Shown in pieces: positions 35,401-44,566 of a stretch of 64,000 nt of DNA (its first letter is position 1; every line of letters begins with the position of its first letter). The position numbers and the translations under genes were made by a program. Under the pieces are notes generated by a model, which worked only from the letters and a program-made list of their open reading frames with translations, had not been told where the DNA came from and made no database searches. The DNA comes from Klebsormidium nitens. Lineage: Eukaryota; Plantae; Klebsormidiophyceae. The stretch is taken from assembly GCA_000708835.1 (NCBI GenBank), contig DF237455.1:1-64000 (forward strand). Reading direction: 5' to 3'.

Positions 35401-38400
35401 CGAATTCAAGCTGCCCGAGCTGGCCGTCCGTCCAAATCTCTGTAACTACTTCCACTGGATTCTGCAGCCCACCGCCGAACAGGGCCTCTCTTTTCGCGGG
35501 AACTCTGCTTGACAAAGCCGTTATTCTTCTGTTTCGACAAGGCTGGTGTCGCTTGTTCGGAATCCACAGGTAGTACCACAAGAATCGCACTCTCTTGATA
35601 CAAGATAAACTGCGTTAACGCGGCCTCGTTGCATCGATCTTCAGGAAGGGAGAAACAGCGGGGACGACCGATCCGTTCGGCGCGACAATCAGCGACGAAA
35701 CGAACGAGATGTATGCCATGCGGATGAGAGACGCGCGCGTCCGTTTCCTGCGAGGTACGCACAAACCCCCACAACTTTCATATATTTCGTACGAGCTCGC
35801 GCGCCTTGCGATTGAGGTGAGGTCCTTTGCAAAACACAGAAAGAGCGGCTGGTGGTCGAAGCCAGGTTGAAAATGGCATGCGACAGCGGTCTATTTTCTT
35901 GGGCCTGAGGAGGCACCACATGCTGGACGAGTAGGGTGAAAGCCCCAGCAATAAGGTTCCTACGCCTTGTCTGCTCTCGTGGGGCCATGAACTCTTCCGC
36001 CCACTTCCTAAAATGTAGTTTGAGCTGTTAATACGTCCGAGCTTATGCGAAGTCTGGCTCCGCCTCATTGGATAGCTCTTGGCTCCGAACCCAAGAGCTC
36101 CAAACCTGCACAAAAGAGTATCGGGTGCAATGGCGTAAGTTAGAACTAATCGACAAGCATGACGCTTTCTGCCGCCGACCCACCGTAACTCCCATGCTTA
36201 ACCCCCCGGTCCCCCGGGCGTGTCTTGCAAGTATTAGTTCCGTTTATTGAATGAATTTTGCTCGGCGTATTAGGATCTTCTACACAGGAACTAATCTCAA
36301 AAGCCGAGACTCCTTGGAGCAAATAAGAAGCTTTCGAAACGTTGCAGGGGTGCAAGCCGCGTATTGGGACCTGCTCGACCAGGACCGTCTTTCTCAAGTC
36401 GAGACCCGCATCCTCATCGAGTCCGTCGACTGCGGTCTCGACGACGAAGACGCTCTCGGCGATTGGGACGAGCTCCGCCCGTATGTACGCGTCCCCCCTT
36501 GGCTGCGCTTCCTGCAGTCGATCCGCCGCAATAACCCGTACGTTAACGCGCTCGTCAATCGGCTGGTTGTTTGCAGTTTGGAGCGCGCGTGCGCGCTCGC
36601 GGCGGGGTACCTGCGCGCGCACCACACGGCCAGGTGGGGGCTCTATGTCTCAGTCATTGCTTTTCTTTGCTGGTATAGGAGTCACTTACCATTTTTGGAC
36701 ACAAGGGCCCCGTTTGAAAAACATGCGAGGTGCCGGGAGTTATCAATGACTACTCATTTGTCAATGCTTTTACAATCACTTCATCTTGCAGGTTTTACAG
36801 AAATCTCATCGTTCGAAAGATTGCTAAACGGGTGGGTTTACTTGGGGGTTTAGGGTGAGTACGATGCAAGGCAAATAACGTTGACGGTTCAGGTTCGGGT
36901 GTTCGGTGAGGAGCTTTACTCCAAATGCTTGTTATTTCAGAATGGAAAATGGTATCCAAGCTCTTGTTTTGGCCCTCTTCTGCAGGAACCAGCTGCAAGA
37001 GTTTTTGCGCGACGACTCGTTAACGAACGCGGTCATCAAGGAGAGCCTGCGGGACGAGAAAGAAGCGCGCGCGTTCCTGGAGGAGGTCGCGCAGACCTTC
37101 CCCCAGGTGCTGACGTCAGTCAAGACGCGCCAGGTGGCATTCCACGTGCTCGGTGACGTAAGCACCACCCTCATCACAGCTGTCCTTATCTTTGGCTTGC
37201 AGATGGAACTTTTGGGAAGAGCGTACATCTCAATACGCTTTCGAAAGCGAATCGCTTCGTTGTGTGAACCGCACGTTTGGAAGGAACTTTAAAAAGTTGA
37301 AAGTGTTCAAAGTACGCAAGAGCGAACCTTAGAAGGGCATCTGTTGCAAAAGGACAATTTCTGGGGACTGCAGTGCAAGCTGTGATAATCAGAGTTTCGG
37401 TCCAGCCGAGAATGAAGGGTCAACCAGTGGATGAGGGTCGAGAGCATCCCAGGCAAGTCTTGATCGTGGATCTCTCAGAACATCCTTTTGTGATCACCTC
37501 CACAGAGTAGGCGCGCAATCAGCCCAGCAGCGGGTGTCTCAATGTCAAGACCTGATAAAGTCAACAAGTTTTCCCCAGCTCCAATCCTACATTGGACCAT
37601 TTGACACCAAACGAAATTCGAAACGCCGGAATTCGAAAGCTTTGGATCGACAATATAATAGCCCCTATTCGTTGACTCCAAACCCTGATCCCCAAAGTCC
37701 TTCTCTCCAGCTCCAATCCCACATCGAGGCCCTGGACCATTCAGTGTCATCAACATTAAGGAAATCTGAACCTCTAAGCCTTGCAACGCAGCAGAGCCTA
37801 AATTCTCAGGTCCTAGGTCCCTGAATCCCCAAACCCCTTGAGCCCTAAGCCTCTAGTGGAGGCCCTAAACTCTTCAAATTACTCTCGCCCAGCTTCAAAC
37901 CTTCATCGAGGCCTTGATCGTTCCGGCCGGATCAACGCCAAGGAAACCCTAAATGTCTACGACATTGATTTCTTGAATTCTTCAAACTTATGAAGCCCTC
38001 AAAATTTCTTCCCCAGCTCCAATCCTACATCGAGGCTTTGGACCATTCCGGTCTCATCGACACCAAGGAGATCGGGCATCTGCACGACACCGTCCGGCTC
38101 GACCTCAAGAAGCTCAAGCGCGCGCCGCTCCTTATCCGCCCAAAGCAGTCGATGGGTCTCCTGCGGAACACCCCCCTGGGGAGCCACGTGCCCGTGCAGT
38201 TTGAAAACATGGTCCGGCGGGACGGGAAGGAGCGGACGTTCCTGAAAGGCGCGCCGATCTATCGGGAGGGGTCCGCGACACCGGTCGGGGGGGGGGAAGT
38301 GCACATCGTCGGAAAGCGGGCTGGCTAAGGTGAGCTTTCAGGGTTTGAGAGCGGGTTAAAGATCAGGGTTACGGGGTTTCAAAGATTCAAAAAGTACGCC

Positions 38401-41400
38401 CACGTTCCTTAAGAAAGCGCCGATCTATCGGGAGGGGTCGGCGACTCCGGTCGGGGGGGCGGAGGTGCACATAGTTGGAAGCGGGCTGGCTAAGGTAAGG
38501 TTTCAGGGTTTCAGAGCGGGTTAATGACTAGGGTTACGGGGTTTCCGAGATCCCAAACCTACATTTCTTGAGAAAGCGCCGATTTGCCCGGTGGGGGCGG
38601 TGACACCGGTCGGGGGCGGGGAGGTGCACATCGTCGGAAGCGGGCTGCTTAAGGCGAAATTTCGGCTTTTGGGTTACTGCCGTTTCAGAATTGACTGGAT
38701 AAAGGTTTAAGCATGTATGGCAGCGAGCTGGCAAGAGAATTTTCTGGGCGCGTCGTCGACATTGACTAGCGGCGAGTAAGTGTGTGGATTGGTGAAGTGA
38801 ATGCGGGTGAACGCAATCATGTGGGGTTGAATGTAACGGGTTTTGGTTCTGAAACTTGACGGCGGGTGAGGACCGATTACGGTCTTTGCCACAAGCCCTG
38901 GCGCGGACCAACTTGCTCTTGTCAGTGGAACGTACTTTGAATCAAGTTTGGGAATGTGCATGTCTTCGGGGGCGGTTTTGTGAAGATCAGATTCTGAAAT
39001 TTAAGGAATCCGAGGCAGCGAACGACCTAGTGAAGGTGGGCGCGCTAGAACCCGAGGGTGCTGAGAAACGCGTGGCTTGATTTAAAAACGGAGCTATGTG
39101 ACGTGAAATGACGCGGTTAGACCCAGTAAGCTTGAAAAGCATGTGACGTCTAATGCGCTTGGACATCTTCCCGTTTTTCAAGACCAGGATTGCTGCGTTT
39201 GAACGGCCTTGGCCTGACAAAGGCTCACATTCACCCTTTTCTCTCGATGGAGTCCTTTTGACAAGGACTTCGCTAGGTCAGTTTACCGACTGCTTTTGTG
39301 GGATCACGTGACACGTTCGTTAAACGGTTTTGCCCCCCCTAGCGCTCGTTTCCACGTAGAAGCCTTCGTTGTCGCCGTATAAGTTCGCCTGCCTTGCGCT
39401 TTCTGATTGCGGTACCCATCCGCTCTACAGGTCTACACCGTCGATGACGTCAGCACCTCGCACGGGGAGCGCCACGTGTCCCACTTTGTGTTGGGCGCCG
39501 GCGCGATTTTGGGCCTGTACGAGGCCCTCGCCGGGAACCGCCGGAAACTGACCACCGCCGTCGCGGATTCCGTTTGTATGTGCTACGTTGTTGACGTGAG
39601 CGATTCCGCTGCTTGCTCCTTCGGGTCATTCCGTCCGTTCCGGTCTTTCCACCGTTCAGTGTCATCTTTGCAAAAGGAAAGTTGGCATAAGTAGGCGCCA
39701 GATTCCTTTATAACGGGGCATGCCTCAGCGCACTGAAACAAGCACACCTGTGTCTTAAGGATTGGACAGGTGTGACACGTGTCATCGTCTAAGTGGAGGT
39801 TTCGAGATCGACGATTAACACAATGCTTGCGCCTTGTGTTTCAATCAAGCGCAACTGTTCATCAAGCAGAGGTTCACATCAAAAGCTGAAGAGGGCGCGT
39901 CCTGTCTTGCGGATCGATAACAAGCACACTGAGCCGGATCCGTTCCGTTTTACGTACAGCGGAACCGGCTCGCCGAGATGGTTCGAACCGACGTATACGT
40001 GGCTGAGTTCCTGTGGAAGGTGAGCGCCCGGGAGATTGTCCCGGAGGCACATTCCCGCCTTAGGTTCCCGCTTCCGTGCACTGATTTCCTGCAGTGACTC
40101 CGTCTTCATTTGCCTCTTCCGCGTCGCTAACGGAAAGCGGTATACGAGATTTCATCGACCATTTTTCCCAAGCATCAATCTGCCCCCAGTTGGAAGATCA
40201 GCTTCCGATTCGTTGGTTCAGTAATATCGAAATTCATGCTGGTTTACATCGATCGCGCAAGAGGTTAGCAACTCAAGTATTGTCGCATACGGACAGTGAA
40301 CAGCCGTTCGTTTCGGATGGTCCAAACTCGATAACTGACCAATGAAGCAGACAGTTTGCGCAGAGACACGTGATAGACGAACTCCGGTTTCACAGTTTCT
40401 CAAACCGCGACCCGGTTTAAGTACACGTTTTCAGTACGGGCAGGGAGGATTAAGTCCAGTGACAATATGAAAAAGGGGACTTTTCAGATGATTTTCTTAT
40501 CTTGTTGTTTTTAAAGCGCCGGACTTTTCAGTCGGAAGCGTTCTTGAGAACGTTTGAAGACCGTCCTGAATCCGGGTCCTGATTTGTAGTGTTTCTCAAA
40601 CGACTGCTCGTGTTTGGTAATGACACGGAAATCCCTTCTTGCAGGAGAGCGCGGTTCTGCTCTGTCGATTGGTGTTGCCGCGAGCGCTCGCGCACCTGAG
40701 CCTCCAGGAGATCCGAAAGCTCATCATGGAGAAAGGGCGTCTCAAGGTGATACTGTTAACCCACTTACCGTCCATAATGCGAAGCTATATACTAATGGAG
40801 AGGGGACTGATTCCCAAGCTTGAAGCATTTCGTGGCCCGCGGCTGCAACATGTTCAAGGCCCACATGTCATGCTTTGCACGGTCACTTCAAAAACCGAGG
40901 ATCGAGGCTTGCAAAAACCTAGTATAGTCCGACTTGCTCACCCTGGCGAAATCTAGGTACTTGACCTTGCTGGGCGTGTGTTTCATTCAGGAGCAACTGG
41001 CTATCTATAGTTCAGCTGATGCGCTGTATGAGTTTCATTAGCTACCATTCAGTTAGTTACGGGTCGTCTTCTTCACGATCATCTACTAGACCAAGGGTCT
41101 TACTCCAGATTAAGAAGTGATCTACATTCTCAACCGAGAATTGACGTGCTCGGCAACCGTACCCACTCTTGGCTCGCAACTGATAGTATCCGTCTGCCGG
41201 GAGATGCGGTTAGAACCCATGATCGGAGTATCTAGGATTTTGATTGCTTTTTCGAACCCCCCACCTTGGATCTCACCCCCGTTATCTAGCTCAGATTAAG
41301 CTGGCGGATCAAGGTAACCGCGACTGTTGATTGAGAGATCGCGTATCAAAGTGGGGCGTCAGAAGTGCAAACAGACTCTTCCAAAATGATAAGACCAGTT

Positions 41401-43272
41401 CTGCCAATTCAAATAGCCCTTCTCATGAGATCGAGAGGGCATTGCGGGTAGCCACCAACAAAATGCCCCGTAGTTGCCTCGCAAGAACGACTTCACAGTT
41501 AAGGGAAAGCGCGCTGATGCACGCACTCCTGAAGAAAGTGAGCTTAGGCCGTGCTAACTAAAACGAGCCGTCCCTAAAGGAATGCAAGTCGTCGGCAAGC
41601 TTGGGATTGGACTGGGTTTCAAACCAGAGCTTCAGGACACATGTGTTGCTTAACAATAGATTCCTAGATTCAACCCGACTGCATATCATACGCCCCGGGG
41701 AATCACGCTGGCATCCTTTCCATTTCAACAGCTTGTATCCATACTCTCGTCACCCACCTACCTCGTCCCCCAAATCCTTCGCGGAATGTTCAGAGCATCA
41801 AATGTTACATCGTCATATCACAGCTTTCATCCCGAGCTCGTTCGCCTCAGAAGCAGATAATTCCGGCTGCTTTCCCCGCTCTACCAACGTGAAAGTGTGT
41901 TTGTCTGACTTGCGAACTTTTTCTCTGCAGCACTTCGATCCGGAGGAGGTCGTGCAAATCCGATACGACGAGGTTCTCGTGTTGCTCGAGGGTACGCTGC
42001 GGAATGCTGGAGGCCGGTCGCTGATCGCTCCTATGGGGCTAGATCCCGACATATCCTCGCTGTTCTCAGGTAATTTGGTCTGCTTTCGTCGCGTAAATTT
42101 GTGTTTTTGGGAAAACAATCTTCGCCGGGTCTGATGGTGGACACATCTGGGCGAGCGCGGCTGGATCTTTGGCAAGTCTTGCCTTCGTTGCTTATAAAAA
42201 GTCTAGTTTGAAGTTCCATGATTCACAAACCGTACCCCGAGAACCTTTCGTTCTGCTGTAGCCTCATAGAAATTCGTCTTCTTGTGACCTCCATCAAGTT
42301 ATAATCGTTGAGCAAGATTACAGGATTCGTTGAATGCTTCGGCTTATATCCGCTCCCGTTCCTTGGGAGCCACCCAAACTCAGTCCGTTATTCTTCCCAT
42401 CCGAGATACTTCGGATTCTCAACAATAAAGCGGTCGTGAAGAACCAATTCCTTGATAAGGTAGCCTCACAGCCCATTTTCCATTTCGTTGGTTGCTTTTC
42501 ATAGGATCCCGTTTTGATGTCAGAGCAACAACCCCCGATCCAGAGAGACACAGGCAAAACCAACAAACCGAACGTGCTTCTCCGCCTGTCTGGTACAGTT
42601 TCCGTTTCTTCAGGTGCCTTCTAAAGCACATTTCAAAGGCACTATTCTTTTCTGAGACCGTCACCTAACTTTTTCACAGGGGCTTTGGATACCGTTCGCC
42701 TGAAGGCGGAGCTGCAGTACGTCGCCGAGACCCCTTCGCGCGTGCTCTTCATCCCGGTTGGGACCGACCGGGGCGGTACCAACCGGTCACATGAGCAGCT
42801 TCCGGCGACAGCAAAGGGCGACCTCGGCAGCCGCCGGTCCTTCAGCGACAACCAGCTGCTGGCGGCGCCCGGTGACGATAAGCGGGCGGGTTTGCTGGAT
42901 AAGCACCGGCCGACGAGGCATAAGAGCTCGATCGAGCTGCCCATGCTCCCGGCTGACACGTGGCAGGGGCCCGAGGGCGCGAAGGCCGCTGACGTCATGC
43001 CGAAAGTGAAGGTGTCTCCGGCCTCCGAGGTCAAGCGAGCGGAGGAGTCTGGAGTGTTCCTTCCCCGGTCGCACAGTCGGGAGCAAGTGCGACCGTTGGC
43101 GGGTTTGGGTGTGAATATGCCCCTGATGAGAATGAGCTCCAGGGCGAGATTGTTGGGGGAGCGCAGGGGGGGTGTTGACGAGAGCAAGGATGAGTTTGAC
43201 GATCTGGAGGCGAACGTTGTAGAAGGCGGGGAAGACCTATTTAATGACGTAGGGCAGCATAAAAAGACGTAA
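26457..43272 (+). CDS. SOS1: Plasma-membrane Na+/H+ antiporter SOS1/NHX7 type (CPA1 domain + long cytosolic tail with cNMP-like domain); one apparent +1 frameshift at 38313-38315
   Basis: More than 20 GT-AG exons: PVPYTVALL, FLPALLFESS, LLAGPGV, LSATDPVAVVALLKELG...IIEGESLMNDG, NDTLIEIT, WEMVGYMANTLIFIL, GLRGAVAL, FLTGGVVFLTLVVNGSTT, DDEELGPAHW, GVQAAYW, LGLYEALAG, FLWK|ESAVLL. Stop at 43272. Confidence 0.95.
28845..29130 (+). repeat. Acceptor plus exon-start duplicated twice upstream (SOS1)
   Basis: GCAG|TACGC.TTTCCC(C)TACTCGTGGAGCTGGAGCCTGTC at the true acceptor 29091, with echoes at AG 28853 and AG 28967. Confidence 0.9.
31565..31696 (+). repeat. 66-bp tandem duplication including exon end and donor (SOS1)
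   Basis: TTCTGGC|GTAGGTCGCG...CGCTTTTCCGGTTCTTCTTGG twice. Confidence 0.9.
34525..35500 (+). repeat. About five degenerate copies of a SOS1 exon end plus proximal intron
   Basis: GCTGGGCCCCGCGCACTGGCCGTCCGTCCAA-like blocks at about 34537, 34715, 34863, 35080 and 35410. CGAACAGGGCCTC-like blocks at about 34610, 34770, 34990, 35135 and 35475. Confidence 0.85.
34913..34967 (+). repeat. Interstitial degenerate telomere-like tract (GGGTTT(A/C/T)-type), 55 bp
   Basis: GGTTTTGGGGTTTCAGGGGTTTAGGGTTCTAGGGTTTTGAGGTTTGAGGGTTTAA. Confidence 0.8.
37560..38070 (+). repeat. Acceptor plus exon-start duplicated three times upstream (SOS1), with C-rich telomere-like spacers
   Basis: CCAG|CTCCAATCCTACATCGAGGC..GGACCATTC at true AG 38016, with echoes at AG 37578, 37710 and 37892. 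Spacers contain AAACCCTGA, CCCTAAG and CCCTAAA. Confidence 0.9.
38240..38660 (+). repeat. Exon end plus donor duplicated twice downstream (SOS1)
   Basis: GCGCCGATCTATCGGGAGGGGTC...GTGCACAT.GT.GGAAGCGGGCTG..TAAG|G with donors at 38330 (true), 38495 (echo, GTAAGG) and about 38654 (decayed). Confidence 0.9.
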
Positions 43273-44566
43273 CCTATACGGTTATTTAACCAGGGCCTCT
43301 GGAGCATACATATGGTGAGCGTCCACAGAAATCTCAAGATCGACAATTGCTGAAAGAGGTTCGTACTTAAGTGGTCGTATGCACGACATGAAGAACCTCT
43401 TTAGAAAGGTGACGTGAGAAGGGAGCGTACGTACATGTTTTTAGGAGAGTCGAGGTTGAGGAGAACATGGTCAAATTTGAAATTTTGACGCCTTTATTGA
43501 CGGTCAAATTGTAACCCATGCCTGTTACGGCGAGGTGTCTAAGCTTTTCCATTGTTGGTCGTCTTCGGTCAAAGCGTTCGAAGCGTTCAGCATCCGCACA
43601 AGAGTAGAAAGCATCCAGCCCAGTGGCAGCAAGGTTGTTCGCATCTGCACCGTCCCTTTGCTTGATTGAAATCGCGAGCTGACCCAGATGTTTGTACAAG
43701 TGACCGTCATGTTTCTCTGCAAACATCCATCGATCATTGCACGACCGCGTCTGATTAACTGAGTGAGCTAGGGGGCCGCACAGAATGGACAGATGCCGAG
43801 CTGTGCAATTAAGGGCGACAGTGAGCTGTTTTCATTAGTTCGCCGTGCCTTGTTTTTACATATAAACATGATTGGCTGCAATGATTCCACATGGCGACCT
43901 GCATGTGGCAAGTCGGAGATCGAGCATCCAGAAATTACGATATTCAATCAATCATTGTCGATCAGGAGCTGTACTAATGCGCAAGCAGAAGGCGCGCGGC
44001 TCAAACAGCGCGTAGTAAACACCAAAAGGCAATCGAATTGCAAAGGATTGAAGCATAACCCTGCCTGACCAGGCGCGCCGGGCCGCATCACATCCGCGTC
44101 AGTGCTGTAGATGTTTGATTGGAGGCAGCTAGTCCTGGAAGGTACTTGCATCCCATTGCCCGTTCATGGGACACGGGTCCAGGGGAAATGCCATTGACTC
44201 ATCCAGATCCTATGCGTACGTATGCGATGCGAAATGCTTTCCAGAGTTGATTGGATTATCACGTGTAAGTTACTTTTGCATCTGTCTGCACAGACGGATG
44301 CGGTGCCCAACGTCTCGACTCCTTGCACTACGTAAACCGACAATGATCGTCAAGGTTCTTGTGATAGATTAGTCATGGTCTTCACACCAACTATGATTTG
44401 GACCCGCCTGCTGCATGCATTCGAACCCACGACGACCTGTCAAACCGTTCCTTAGTATCTACAAGTAGGATCCACTAAGCGAAGCTGTACAATGATTGGG
44501 TAGTGCTGGCTAGCAGAACCGATTAATTGATCAACGAATGCTACAAATGTTCGATTGTGGGAAAGG

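Noticed and set aside
42642-43346. 234-aa minus-strand ORF
   Set aside because: Antisense shadow of the GC-rich SOS1 last exon.
43367-44110. Minus-strand ORFs and an exon-like GC island downstream of the FIP2 stop
   Set aside because: No consistent splice model or homology; lies between convergent 3' UTRs.
44400-44440. GTGGGTTCGAAT on the minus strand, like a tRNA T-loop
   Set aside because: No T-stem pairing, acceptor stem or cloverleaf.
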